A stretch of DNA of 64,000 nt from an uncultured Desulfobacter sp. (GCA_963665095.1 OY762069.1:2688001-2752000), one strand, 5' to 3'. Positions 1-10,475 are shown, counted from the first letter of the stretch. Numbers and translations: made by a program. The notes: a model not told the origin generated them from the sequence alone.

Positions 1-283
1 CTGCCTTAAATCCGGCCACCTTGTCATCCAGCTGGTCCCGGGCCGTGAGCATGAGGACAGGCGTGTCGTTGCCGTCCGAGCGCAGGCGTTCACAAAGGGT
101 CAGGCCGTCAAGCCTTGGCAGGTTGAGATCCAGCAGCAGCACATCATAATTCTTATCTGTCAAAAGGTTGAGGCCTGCCACCCCGTTGCTGGCATAGTCA
201 CAGTTGATGGCTTCAATGGCCAGATAATCAATCACGGTTTCAGCCAGATCAAAATCATCTTCCACCAGAAGCACGTTCAGCAT
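1..283 (-). CDS. OmpR-family response regulator, N-terminal part (runs off window)
   Basis: Manual translation from ATG at 283 gives MLNVLLVEDD...VLLLDLNLPRLDGL...PVLMLTARDQLDDKVAGF, a receiver domain. The start overlaps the RND stop. Confidence 0.9.
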   Translation of the reverse strand, partial: MLNVLLVEDDFDLAETVIDYLAIEAINCDYASNGVAGLNLLTDKNYDVLLLDLNLPRLDGLTLCERLRSDGNDTPVLMLTARDQLDDKVAGFKA

Positions 284-3200
284 GTCTCTTTCCTTTGGGC
301 AAACGGGTTAATCCAACCCCTGAACCATGCCAGGAACCGGCAGATATCATGGTGAACCACCAGAAGAACCGGTATCAGGATCAGGGTAATCACAGTGGCA
401 AACATGATTCCATAGGCCAGAGAGACAGCCGCAGGAATCAGAAACTGGGCCTGGTGCGATGTTTCATACAGCAGCGGCAGCAGCCCTGCCACAGTGGTCA
501 GTGACGTCAGAAGAACGGCCCGCAACCGGCTTTTGCCGGCCCAGCTCACCGTTTCCACCAAAGAGGTGTCGGTGCTTCTTTTAAGATCATTAAAGGTGGA
601 GACCAGAAGCAGACTGTCATTGACCACCACACCGGCCAGGGCGATGATACCATTGAGGGATAAAATTCCCAAGGACAAATCATTAATCCAGTGGCCAAGT
701 ACCGCCCCCACAATACCAAAGGGGATGGCCGTCATGATTAAAAAAGGCTGCATATAGGACTTCAACGGGATGGCCAGAAGAAAATAGATGATGAACAGGG
801 CCAGGATAAACATGTGTACCATGGAGGTCTCGGTCTCGGCCTGCTCCTCGGCCTCACCGGAGAAGTCAATATCCAGGCTTGGATACTGCTGTTTAAGCTT
901 GGGAACCAGCTCTTTTTGAAGCTGGCCCACCAGTTCCGTGGAGGACATGATATCCTTGTCCACGTCTGCGGAGATGTACACCGCCCGTTTACCGTCTATG
1001 CGGGTGATGGTGTCCCGGGTGTACCCGTAGGTAATGCTGGCCACGCTGGTCAGTGGCACCACAGTGCCGTCGGAATTTCTGACATCGGCATTGAGAACGT
1101 CGCTGACACTCTTTCTGGCCCCTTCAGGATAGCGGACTTTTACCTCCACCTCGTCGGCAGAGCGCTGGAATCGCTGCACCACCTGGCCGGAAAAGGCCTG
1201 GAGGACCTGTTCCGCCAGCATGTCCGTGGTGAACCCTAAAGCCCTTCCCTCAGGCGTCAGTGCCATGAAGAGCTGGGGCTGGCCCGGCTCCAGGTTATCT
1301 TCAATGCCACTCACCGCAGGGATGGTGGCCAACTGCGTTTTCAGGGTGTCCCCTGCCAGGGTCAGTACGGTATCATCACTGGAGCGCAGTTCAATGCGAA
1401 GGGCATCCACCATGGCAGGCGCATTCTGGACACTTAAAGTTTTTGTGCCTTCAGGAGTTCCGCACAGCTCCCGCCACCTGCGGGTAAAGGTGTCGATATC
1501 ATAGGGCGCATCATCGGTCAGCTGCAGCTTCACAGACCCGGACTGGTCTGCCTCGGAAAGCACCTGCAGATAGGCAATGGCGCTGTTTTTGTCATCTCCG
1601 GCATTTCGCAGGGCCCGGTCAGCCTCATGGGCCCTTGACTCCAGGAGGGCTAAAGCGGCATGCGTCTGGCCGTAACTTGCATCATTTTTCATGGTCAGTT
1701 CCGCCCGCACCGTGTCGCCCGGGATGTCCGGGAAAAAGCTGAGGCGAAGCATACCGGTAAAGGGCATGGAAAGAACAAAGACAAAAATGCCGGCAAAGAC
1801 CACGAGTACGGTATAGCGATGGTGAAGTGCAATCTTGATCAAGGGGCCGTAGACACGTTCGTTCACCAGGTTCAGGCCCTGGTCGGTAACGTTCTGAATC
1901 CACATCCATAGCCGCTTGAACGGATTTTTGCCCGGGGTCTGCCGCGTATTGAGATGGGCCAGATGGGAAGGAAGGATCAGTTTGGATTCAATGACCGACA
2001 GGATCAGACAGATGGTCACGATAATGGCAAACTGGGAGTAAAGTTCCCCCATGTGGCCGCTGACCTGGGAGATGGCGTAAAACGCCGCCACAGTGGTGAG
2101 CACCCCGAACAGAGTGGGAATGGCCACGGACTGGGTGCCCCGGATGGTGTTTTCAATGGTGTCGCCCTCTTTGGAGCGAAGGGTATAGATGCTCTCCCCG
2201 ATGACCACGGCGTCATCCACCACAATACCCAAAGCCATGATAAACCCGAAGGTGGTAAATTCGTTCAGGGAGAGTCCGGCAAAACTGTCTCCCATGAAAT
2301 AAAGGGTGCCAAAAAAGATAAAGGGCAGGCCCATGGCCACCCAGAATGCCACAGTCAAATTGAGAAACATGGCCAGCAGAAAAAAGACAATGAGAAAGCC
2401 TGTCAATGCATTCTGGGCCAGAAGCTCCAATCGCTCGGTGATCATGGTGGAGCGGTCGTACCAGGAGGTCAGCTGCACATTATCCGGCAGGCTGCCGCTG
2501 GTTCTAAATTCCTCCACCACCTTTTTGGCCCCGGCCACGGTCCTGGAAATATCGTCCTGGCCTGTGGTGATGACCTGCAGGGCAATGCTGGTATGACCGT
2601 TGAAACGGGAAAGAACAGGGGTTTCATCATCAAAGGTGTCGTCTATCTTTGCCACATCGCCTAAATGAATCCGGCTGCCGTCGTCAAGGGTGACAAGAGG
2701 GATGGCGGAGAACGCCTCTTTTAAATAGGCCTGTTCCGATGCCTGGAGCTGCAGATAAAGGTTTTTATCCCGCAGAACCGCTGTGCGTGAACTGCCCGAT
2801 TCATTGTTAATGGCCTCCTCCACATCAGACAGGGACAACCCGTAAGACTGGAGCTGGGCTTCATCAATCTCAACACTGATCATGGGATCCAGATCGCCGG
2901 AGATCGCCACCCGGTTCACATTGGTATTGGCCAAAAGGTCATCCTTAAGCTCTTCGGCCAGGGTCTGCAGGGTATGGCGCCCCACCTCCCCGTATAGCTG
3001 GAGCCACAGGGCATGCTCCTCACGTTCCGCCTTTTCAATTACCGGCTTGTCTGCATCGGTGGGAAAGGTGGAAATGGCATCCACCTTGGCCTTGACATCG
3101 CGCAGCAGCGTGTCCAGGTCATAGTCATCCTTCATCTCGATGCTAACGGATATTCCTGTGGTGGTGGAGGAACTGGTGATGGTTTTAATTCCCAGCACAT

Positions 3201-3432
3201 CCTCGAGTTCTTCCTCAATTTTTATGGCAAGGCCCTCTTCGGACTGCTGGGCCGACCCGGAATCGTAAGTGACCGACACGGTCAGGCTGTTGGGGGAAAG
3301 ACTGGGGAAGGCTTCCTTCCGCAGTTTCCCCATCTGCATTAATCCTAAAGAAATGATCAGGATCAGCAGCAGGTTGGCCGCCACAGGATTCTGGGCAAAC
3401 CAGGGGATGATCCCCCGCATTTTGCTACTCAT
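277..3432 (-). CDS. RND efflux permease (AcrB/AcrD/AcrF family)
   Basis: About 1050 aa with NPVAANLL start, GIVVDDAVVIGE, GVVVNDSL and RLRAVLLTSLTT motifs. Start chosen at MSSKMRG, overlapping the MFP stop. Confidence 0.95.
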   Translation of the reverse strand: MSSKMRGIIPWFAQNPVAANLLLILIISLGLMQMGKLRKEAFPSLSPNSLTVSVTYDSGSAQQSEEGLAIKIEEELEDVLGIKTITSSSTTTGISVSIEMKDDYDLDTLLRDVKAKVDAISTFPTDADKPVIEKAEREEHALWLQLYGEVGRHTLQTLAEELKDDLLANTNVNRVAISGDLDPMISVEIDEAQLQSYGLSLSDVEEAINNESGSSRTAVLRDKNLYLQLQASEQAYLKEAFSAIPLVTLDDGSRIHLGDVAKIDDTFDDETPVLSRFNGHTSIALQVITTGQDDISRTVAGAKKVVEEFRTSGSLPDNVQLTSWYDRSTMITERLELLAQNALTGFLIVFFLLAMFLNLTVAFWVAMGLPFIFFGTLYFMGDSFAGLSLNEFTTFGFIMALGIVVDDAVVIGESIYTLRSKEGDTIENTIRGTQSVAIPTLFGVLTTVAAFYAISQVSGHMGELYSQFAIIVTICLILSVIESKLILPSHLAHLNTRQTPGKNPFKRLWMWIQNVTDQGLNLVNERVYGPLIKIALHHRYTVLVVFAGIFVFVLSMPFTGMLRLSFFPDIPGDTVRAELTMKNDASYGQTHAALALLESRAHEADRALRNAGDDKNSAIAYLQVLSEADQSGSVKLQLTDDAPYDIDTFTRRWRELCGTPEGTKTLSVQNAPAMVDALRIELRSSDDTVLTLAGDTLKTQLATIPAVSGIEDNLEPGQPQLFMALTPEGRALGFTTDMLAEQVLQAFSGQVVQRFQRSADEVEVKVRYPEGARKSVSDVLNADVRNSDGTVVPLTSVASITYGYTRDTITRIDGKRAVYISADVDKDIMSSTELVGQLQKELVPKLKQQYPSLDIDFSGEAEEQAETETSMVHMFILALFIIYFLLAIPLKSYMQPFLIMTAIPFGIVGAVLGHWINDLSLGILSLNGIIALAGVVVNDSLLLVSTFNDLKRSTDTSLVETVSWAGKSRLRAVLLTSLTTVAGLLPLLYETSHQAQFLIPAAVSLAYGIMFATVITLILIPVLLVVHHDICRFLAWFRGWINPFAQRKETC

Positions 3433-4597
3433 TTGTATTCTCCTGCACCGGGGTGACAGCCATGTCATCCAGGTAGTGGTTTAAGGGATGAATCAGCACT
3501 TTCTGGGGGGCGCCTGCAATATCTTCGGGCGGGGTCACATAGATGGACTGCCCGTGGCTGAATACCGGTTCCGTGGTAAAAGAAGCCAGGGTATTATCCG
3601 GTTTCACGTACCAGATTTCGCCCTTCTGACTGAAAGCTGAGCCTGGCAGCGCCCACAAGCCATCCATGGGAGGCCCTTCAATATTGACCGTGACAAAGGA
3701 ACCGAAAAGAAGCGGGGAGTCTGAATTCAGGGGGTGATCCAGCGCCACGATCACACTTTGCTGGCGCGATTGTTCATTTGCCTGCCGTGATGCCCGCAGG
3801 ATATAGCCGGCCCACGTCCGGCCGGTCTGGGCATGGACCAGGGTAACAGGCCAGGTGCCTTTGTTCAGGGTTTCAATGTCGGGCATGCCGGCCCATTGGG
3901 TGGCGGAAAGATTAATGGTAATTTCGGCCCGGTCCGTGCTGTATAGGGTGGCAATGGTAGAACCGGCCTGAGCGAAGCTTCCCGGGGCCACGGAGCGTTC
4001 CACCACCAGGGCGTCAAAAGGGGCTGTAATGCGGGTGTAGGAAAGATCGACCCTGGCTGTCTGAACAGCTGCTTCGGCCGCAGTAACAGCTGCTTTGGCA
4101 GCTGCCACCTGGGGTCCGTGAAATACCAGTTCAGAAGCCGGTTCCCCGGTGAGCCCTGAGGAGTTCCACTCGGCTTTTGCCTGGAGTGCCTCGCGCTCCT
4201 CTTCAAGCAGGGTCAGTTTGGCGTCGGACAGATCTTTTCGGGCCTGGGCCAGGGCCTCTTTGTATTCCGTGGTGTCCAGCTGGACCAGCAGATCACCCTT
4301 TTTTATAAGTTTCCCGGTCTCAAAGGCGTTGGAAAGTGTCGTTACCTGGCCTGCCACCCGGGATGTCAGCGTCAGTTCAAAATGGGGGGAAACCGTGCCG
4401 TAACCGGTAATCTGCGAATTGTAGCTGCCGGTGGATACCGTGGTCACGGAGACATCCGGATGCAGGATCACCTCTTCCTTTGTGGGGGCCGGCAGATTGG
4501 CCCGGGCCTCAATGGCCCCTTTAATATAAATGACAATACCGCCGAAGAGGATAACGGCCACCAGAAACACCATGATCTGGGAAATACGTCGAATCAT
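3425..4597 (-). CDS. RND membrane fusion protein (periplasmic adaptor)
   Basis: N-terminal anchor, lipoyl-like halves (VAGQV...KKGDLLVQLD; ITAPFDALV) and a coiled coil; lies between OMF and RND. Confidence 0.93.
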   Translation of the reverse strand: MIRRISQIMVFLVAVILFGGIVIYIKGAIEARANLPAPTKEEVILHPDVSVTTVSTGSYNSQITGYGTVSPHFELTLTSRVAGQVTTLSNAFETGKLIKKGDLLVQLDTTEYKEALAQARKDLSDAKLTLLEEEREALQAKAEWNSSGLTGEPASELVFHGPQVAAAKAAVTAAEAAVQTARVDLSYTRITAPFDALVVERSVAPGSFAQAGSTIATLYSTDRAEITINLSATQWAGMPDIETLNKGTWPVTLVHAQTGRTWAGYILRASRQANEQSRQQSVIVALDHPLNSDSPLLFGSFVTVNIEGPPMDGLWALPGSAFSQKGEIWYVKPDNTLASFTTEPVFSHGQSIYVTPPEDIAGAPQKVLIHPLNHYLDDMAVTPVQENTNE

Positions 4598-5952
4598 TAT
4601 TTTGCTCCAATGCCCAAGGCCAGTCCCAGGGTGACCCGGTTGGCCAGGCGTTCATATTTAAGATTATTTAATTCAATGGCAAGATCAAAGGTCTGGGTCT
4701 GTACCGTTAAAAGATCCAGCATGTCTGACAGGCCCTGGCGATATTTTTTCTGATACTGGGCCAGGGTGTCGATGGCGGTTGCAAGGGCTGTTTCAATGTG
4801 GGTCTGCTGTTTGGTTAAAGAGCGTTCAAGCCCTATGGCGTCTTCGATTTCCTGCACGGCATCGTAAAGGGTTTCCCGGTAGGCTTCATAGGCCTGGGCC
4901 GTTTCCAGATCCGCGATTTCAGCCTCGGCTTTGAGCTGACCGCCCTGGAACAAAGGCGCTGTAAGCTGGCCAAGCAGAGACCACACAGGACCTGTCAACA
5001 GCGCGCCCTCGGGATTTGAGGCCACATCCTCAAGGCTCGCCTCAAGGCTGATACTGGGCAGAAGATCTTTATAGGCCACATCTGCACTTAAATCGGCGGA
5101 CTCAATGGCCAGAAAGGCGGCTTTCAGATCGGGTCTTCGCTGCAACGTCTGGTCTGGCAGGTCTGCCAGGGGCAGGATCACATCCGAATAGTCATCGGAC
5201 ACGTCAATCTTGAATCCCGGATCCCCCAAAAGGGTGGCAAGGGCGCGCGACTGCTGGGCCAGGGTCTCTTTATATTCTTCCAGGGCAGCCCGGGACGACG
5301 CCGTAGCGCTTTTCGCACTGTCCAGATCCTCCAGGGAGCCAAGCCCGCTGCGATATCGTTCCCGGGTATACCCTTGTGTTTTTTCGAGCACCGTCAGCCG
5401 CTCCTGCTCAATGGCGATATTTTTCTTTGCCGATGTCAGTTCCAGCCATCCGGTCATAATCTGGGCGGCCAGGGTATCCCGGGCGGACTGATAGAGCATC
5501 TGCTGGGCTTCTACATCCTTTGATGCCGCTTTGGATGTGTCCGCCAGTTTCTGCCACAAATCCAGTTCCCAGCTCACCGTGGCGGTTCCCGTGTACACGG
5601 TGTCCTGATCCTCTTCCTTGAGAGCTGAATATCCGGCCGACACCTCAGGCAGTCGTGCGCCCCGGGTCTTTTTGTATTCGGCCTGACGAATTTTCAGGGT
5701 CAAAAGCGTCTGGGCAAGGCCTGGATTGGCCTCAAGGCCCTTATCAACCAGACTGTCAAGCGCATCTGATCGAATCAAATCACCCAGAATGGTAATCGTC
5801 TGAGCCCCGTCAAGATCACGCCATTGCGTAATTTTTGCCTGCTCCTGCTGTACCAGTGATCCGTAATCCGGATTTGAGCTGGAAACACAAGCCCAGAGAG
5901 GCAAAAGGCAAAGCAGACAAAATACCTGTTTATATGCCGGTTTAATTATCAT
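4597..5952 (-). CDS. TolC/NodT-family outer membrane efflux lipoprotein
   Basis: Lipobox-like LWAC, SWELDLW, RRPDLKAA and PLFQGG motifs. Confidence 0.92.
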   Translation of the reverse strand: MIIKPAYKQVFCLLCLLPLWACVSSSNPDYGSLVQQEQAKITQWRDLDGAQTITILGDLIRSDALDSLVDKGLEANPGLAQTLLTLKIRQAEYKKTRGARLPEVSAGYSALKEEDQDTVYTGTATVSWELDLWQKLADTSKAASKDVEAQQMLYQSARDTLAAQIMTGWLELTSAKKNIAIEQERLTVLEKTQGYTRERYRSGLGSLEDLDSAKSATASSRAALEEYKETLAQQSRALATLLGDPGFKIDVSDDYSDVILPLADLPDQTLQRRPDLKAAFLAIESADLSADVAYKDLLPSISLEASLEDVASNPEGALLTGPVWSLLGQLTAPLFQGGQLKAEAEIADLETAQAYEAYRETLYDAVQEIEDAIGLERSLTKQQTHIETALATAIDTLAQYQKKYRQGLSDMLDLLTVQTQTFDLAIELNNLKYERLANRVTLGLALGIGAK

Positions 5953-6046
5953 CTATTCGTCTCCATAATATTTTTCCCCATGGAACGGAAAACGATTAAA
6001 AAACCGCCTGCCTGTTTCCAATGGTATGACAGATATAACAGGTAGA

Positions 6047-6064
6047 AGGTTAAGAAGAGGTTAA
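6047..6064 (-). promoter_or_regulatory. Putative OmpR-family binding site (AGGTTAA direct repeat, 11-bp period) upstream of the efflux operon
   Basis: aggttaa at 6047 and 6058; the operon itself contains an OmpR-family regulator. Confidence 0.45.
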
Positions 6065-6069
6065 CAATA

Positions 6070-6155
6070 AAAATAATTGGGGTCAGAAAATAATTGGGGT
6101 CAGAGTAAAATTAAATTTGTTGCAAATTTAATTTTACTCTGACCCCAATTATTTT
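6070..6155. repeat. Perfect 33-bp inverted repeat (6087-6119 / 6123-6155) preceded by a 17-bp tandem duplicate
   Basis: aaaataattggggtcagagtaaaattaaatttg-ttg-caaatttaattttactctgaccccaattatttt. One arm recurs at 27070-27098. Confidence 0.9.
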
Positions 6156-6161
6156 GGCGGG

Positions 6162-6473
6162 TTATTTATCTGTTGAAAGTTCACTGGCTGCCCCGACTGC
6201 TGCCATGCAGACAGCTACTGATGATTGGGAGTCATCGGCGGAAAATGTCATACCATCCCTGGAAAAGGAGGCCTGCCATCCGGTCTGTGTCATGCTTTTG
6301 GGGAAAAGATCTTTTAACTGGAAATTAAAACCTTTACCCTCAAGAACTTCGGCCAGTTCCATGGCTGCATGGATATCATACACCGCCTGGTGGGGAACAG
6401 CATCACCAAAGAGTTGTTTCAATTGTTTTTCCAACGTTTCCAGTCTTGATTCAGGCATTTTGTTTTCCAGCAT
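6162..6473 (-). CDS. Hypothetical protein (103 aa)
   Basis: Clean ORF downstream of the AraC fragment; no motif recognised. Confidence 0.6.
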   Translation of the reverse strand: MLENKMPESRLETLEKQLKQLFGDAVPHQAVYDIHAAMELAEVLEGKGFNFQLKDLFPKSMTQTGWQASFSRDGMTFSADDSQSSVAVCMAAVGAASELSTDK

Positions 6474-6533
6474 AATAGGGTTTCATTTTTTTACAATACG
6501 AGCCATTCCATCAGATGATACCATTGACCCCGA

Positions 6534-7007
6534 TTATTTCCAATTATTAATCGACGTGAATTTGCCACGGTATTCCGATGGCAGCAGTCCGGTATGTTTT
6601 TTAAATATGGATCTGAAATGAGCGCTGTCCTCATAGCCCACCTGCCTGCAGATGTCACTTAACGTTTTACCCTCATTTTCCAGGAGCTGTTTGGCTTTTT
6701 CCACCCGGATTCTCTGGATATAGTGGAGGGGGGAATCACCCGTGGCATTTTTAAATCTGCGTTCAAAAGTACGCCGGGTCATGCCGTGTCTGGTTGCTAC
6801 CATTCCCACATTTATTTCCCGGGAATAGTGCCCCTCAATCCACTCCTGGAATGCCCGGATTTTTTCATCTGAATGGTTTTTCTGAAATCGAAATACCCGG
6901 TAGGGGGCCTGGGAATTGCGCCCGAAGTCATGAATCAGGGATTTCCCGCACTGGATGGCCACCTCCCGACCACAGAATTTTTCAACCAGATAGAGACTTA
7001 AATCCAT
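6534..7007 (-). pseudogene. 5'-truncated GlxA-type AraC regulator
   Basis: Begins at DLSLYLVEKFCG, the end of a DJ-1/PfpI domain, followed by an intact AraC HTH (RRTFERRF...VGYEDSAHFRSIFKK). The N-terminal domain is missing. Confidence 0.75.
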
Positions 7008-7465
7008 TTAAAATTATATCGCTCTACGAGTGGCTCTGGGAAAAATATCAGGCAGGGGAGTTCACGGTGGAAACACCGTTTAACAATGAGATGGCCATTG
7101 CTGATTCATGTTATGGCAGCGAACTTGGGGACGATTTTTTCACGGCCCTGCGCGGACTTTACAAAGCTTCGGGGATCACGCCTGTTGAGCTGGATAACAA
7201 CCGTTATGAGAATCTTTGCTGCGGCTTTGCAACCGGTATCCGGAATAACTGGGATCATAATGCGGCCGGTAAAGAGGGTCTGCCCAAATTTAAACAGATC
7301 ATGCGAACAGGAGCAAAACATGTGGGGGTGAACTGTCCCGGCTGCTGGGCCGGCACTTACCAGACAGCCAAAGCTTTAAACGCGGAAATAAAAATCCATT
7401 TTGCGGCTAACTTTTTCCTGAAAGCACTGGGAGATTCCGTTCCGGATACCCGCAGCAATCATTGA
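7008..7465 (+). pseudogene. 5'-truncated CCG-domain (HdrB/GlpC-like) Fe-S protein
   Basis: DSCY...LCCGF...NCPGC motifs form a single C-terminal CCG domain, with no credible start. Confidence 0.7.
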
Positions 7466-7537
7466 CAATGAAGATAACAGCAGAAAGGGGCATGAACAAC
7501 TGGGATCCATGCCGGTTATTTGAAACTTTTTTTCCTT

Positions 7538-7999
7538 TCAGCCGATTGCCCCGATCTGAACATCTTCCCGTTTTTCCATGGGATACTGGGAAAAGGTACC
7601 AAGCCCTGACGCCACAATATCACCGGTTTTCTGCTCTTGGATATCACATTCGCAGACAATGAGTCGTTTGCCGGTGTGCTTGACCCTGCCCCTGGCACTG
7701 AGTTCATCACCGGGTCTGATCATGCGCAGGTAGTTGATTTTAAATTCTACCGTGGCACATAAATTCCCCTGGGTGACGGCATAGGAAAGCGCGGAAACCC
7801 CTAAGGCGGCATCCATCATTGCTGCGGCCACGCCACCGTGGGCAGAGTTCGGGGCGGTTAAATGGTTCGGCCCCACAGTCAGGGTATAGGTAATATCCCC
7901 GGCATCGTTAACTTTCAGGGTCATACCAAAAAAACTGTCAAAAGCCACAGATTTACTGTAGCTCTCTCCAAATATTTTCATTAGCTCTGTCGTACTCAT
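7538..7999 (-). CDS. PaaI-family hotdog thioesterase
   Basis: HGGVAAAMMDAALG and TVEFKINYLR motifs. Confidence 0.9.
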   Translation of the reverse strand: MSTTELMKIFGESYSKSVAFDSFFGMTLKVNDAGDITYTLTVGPNHLTAPNSAHGGVAAAMMDAALGVSALSYAVTQGNLCATVEFKINYLRMIRPGDELSARGRVKHTGKRLIVCECDIQEQKTGDIVASGLGTFSQYPMEKREDVQIGAIG

Positions 8000-8155
8000 A
8001 TTACGTATTCTCTTTAATTAAAAATGAACAACCTTAACCTTTCTCAGCTTGTGCGCAGATTTATACTCCATCACCGGTTTCAATTTCAACAGCAACCGTT
8101 TTTCACTATTCGGCATAGAAGTATGGATAAAGCAGTTTTTTGTCAAGGAATAGAT

Positions 8156-8188
8156 AAAAGACCGGCACAAATCAGAAGTGCCGGTTTT
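8156..8188 (-). terminator. Likely intrinsic terminator downstream of AOR
   Basis: accggcac/gtgccggt stem flanked by A and T runs. Confidence 0.55.
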
Positions 8189-8327
8189 GGAGGGATGGAG
8201 GTAAAAAAACCGTTTTATAAAAATTCAGGCATTCGGAAACAGGAAAATTGCATGGCGAAAGCCAGATATCTGATCATCCCGCAATAATCAAAAGAAATAC
8301 AGACTTCCGCCGCCATAATTTAAGGTA

Positions 8328-10475
8328 TTATGCCACCCCGTTTGCTTTGAGAACCTCAAGCACCTCAGGAAAGTCAATGCCAAGTCGTTTTACTGTTTCA
8401 ACAGTGGGGATGCCATTGGGTGTCCAGCCGCGCCGTTTGTATACCGCATCTTTGAGCAGCTCGTACTGGGCCTCGCGTTTGGCCCTCAGGGCAGTCACTT
8501 TGGCAGAGGTGTCCATGGCAGAGATATCCATGCCATGTGTCTCCTTCAGCTGAGTGTCGTACCGCTCGGCACGGGATTCGTACTCTTCATTGGTCACAGG
8601 CCCCATGGCACGGTAAGGTACGGTATCGTGTTCCCGGGTGCCGTATCCCATCTTAAGATTAAATATCCGCTGAAAGTTGTATACCGCCTCGCTCATGGAG
8701 ATCAGGTCATCAGGGCCGGCCTTTCTGCCGGTAACTGTGGAGAAAAAGTCCGCATACCAGCCCACATGTTTCATTACCTTGGCGGGCTCTGCAGTGTCTT
8801 TGTTATCTTCAGGCACGATATCATTCCACGGCAGTTTGCACAGCCCGCACAGGCCAAACCAGGTCCGAAACATGGGGAACCAGTGCAGGGCCTCGGCCTT
8901 GTTTTCAAAAGTGGGCATGAAGTTGTGGACCATGTCCAGAAAAATCAGCCACGCCTCGTCATGCTGGGGGCCTTTAAGGGCCAGCCCGTAACCACCCTGC
9001 TGGGCCAGGCTCTCCTTAGTAATGTATTCGGAGAATTCCAGCCCTTTGGATTCCATACCGATGTCTGTCAGAAAGCCGAGATCCGCACCAAAATCTTTGG
9101 CAAAAATCTGTTTCATCTGACGGATACCCTTGCCCACAATGGCGCCAAATCCCTTGCCCTGTGCCATCTGATGGATAACTTCCAGGGCATTGAGCCGGTT
9201 GCCGAAACTTAAATCCAGGCCGCCGGTGTGCGCCGTGGTAATCTGGCCGTTTTCAAAGCACTCCATAACAAAAGCAAGAGACGTACCCACGGAGATGGTG
9301 TCCAGGCCATAGGCGTCGCAGTAGAAGTTGATCTCAAGAATGGTATGCGCATCAAAGATCCCTAAATTGGACCCGCATCCGGCCACTGTTTCATATTCAG
9401 GCCCGTCCACAAACACCTTTTTACCCTTATAAGGTCCGGTAAAGGGAGAAAAATCCTTGACCCCGTGGGCACAGGCCACAGCGCAACCTCTCCAGCAGCC
9501 GTCAAAGCCCTTATCAAAAATATGTTCGTAGGTCTCTTCACCAATGACTTTGCTTTCGGGATGGGAACCGAACTTGAAGTTGTGGACAGGCAGACAGTCA
9601 TGGTCATTCATGATAGGTACCAAATGGGTAGTGCCCACCAGGGCCATCCGGTTCTGGCCGGGGTCCAGGGTGGCGATCTCTCTGGCATGGGCTTTGGTAA
9701 CGGTTTTAAGCCCTTCAGGATCTGCAGGACAGTTCGTCTTCATGGATACGGCACCGAATCTGGCCACAACCGCCTTGATCTTTTTGTCGGCAAATACCGT
9801 TCCGATACCGCCCCGGCCGGCCTGTTTATACCGGACCCGTTTGCGGCCCGCATCCCACCAGGAAAAATTCAGGCAGCCCATATAGGTATTCTGTGCCCCG
9901 GGGCCGGCTGTAACCACAGAGACGTTCACCGGTTTTTTCTCATCAAAGTAATGGGTCAGGGCGGCGGACATCTCATAGGCATCCTGGGGAAGCGCATCTG
10001 CCTGGAACAACTTTATGGTATTTTCAATACCGTCAATGAGAATCACTGTGTCCTGCTCCGCCTTGCCGTCCAGCTGGATCACATCAAAGCCGGAAAATTT
10101 TTTATACGGTCCGAAATAGCCGCCCACGTTTGAATCAATGGGCGCCCCGGTTAAAGGAGAGATGGCAGTGACAATACTCTTTCCGCCGCCGGGATATCCC
10201 GGGGTGCCGCCCAGGGGACCGGATGAAATACAGATGGCGTTTTCCGGGTCATCCCAGCGGGTGTTTCCTGACACGGCATGCCACATAAGCCAGAGGTCAT
10301 ACCCCTTGCCGCCTATGAACTTTTTTTTGATCTCGTCCGCGATGGGAGAGATCTCAACCTGACCGTCACTTACGTTGATATGAAGGGAGTGATCTGTATA
10401 TCCCTTTTTCACTTCAGCGCGTTTGTAAGGTACGGATTTGATCTCCTTGAGACTGACTTGATCCATATTTTTCAT
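8328..10475 (-). CDS. aor: Tungsten-type aldehyde:ferredoxin oxidoreductase family protein
   Basis: FIGGKG, SPLTG...DSNVGGYFG, AGRGGIG, CWRGCAVAC, GPEYET, CDAYGLDTIS and GLCGLC motifs. Confidence 0.9.
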   Translation of the reverse strand: MKNMDQVSLKEIKSVPYKRAEVKKGYTDHSLHINVSDGQVEISPIADEIKKKFIGGKGYDLWLMWHAVSGNTRWDDPENAICISSGPLGGTPGYPGGGKSIVTAISPLTGAPIDSNVGGYFGPYKKFSGFDVIQLDGKAEQDTVILIDGIENTIKLFQADALPQDAYEMSAALTHYFDEKKPVNVSVVTAGPGAQNTYMGCLNFSWWDAGRKRVRYKQAGRGGIGTVFADKKIKAVVARFGAVSMKTNCPADPEGLKTVTKAHAREIATLDPGQNRMALVGTTHLVPIMNDHDCLPVHNFKFGSHPESKVIGEETYEHIFDKGFDGCWRGCAVACAHGVKDFSPFTGPYKGKKVFVDGPEYETVAGCGSNLGIFDAHTILEINFYCDAYGLDTISVGTSLAFVMECFENGQITTAHTGGLDLSFGNRLNALEVIHQMAQGKGFGAIVGKGIRQMKQIFAKDFGADLGFLTDIGMESKGLEFSEYITKESLAQQGGYGLALKGPQHDEAWLIFLDMVHNFMPTFENKAEALHWFPMFRTWFGLCGLCKLPWNDIVPEDNKDTAEPAKVMKHVGWYADFFSTVTGRKAGPDDLISMSEAVYNFQRIFNLKMGYGTREHDTVPYRAMGPVTNEEYESRAERYDTQLKETHGMDISAMDTSAKVTALRAKREAQYELLKDAVYKRRGWTPNGIPTVETVKRLGIDFPEVLEVLKANGVA

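Noticed and set aside
6794..7007. N-terminal part of the 223-aa ORF 6794-7465
   Set aside because: It is an antisense overlap with the AraC remnant; only the part after ~7008 resembles a real protein.
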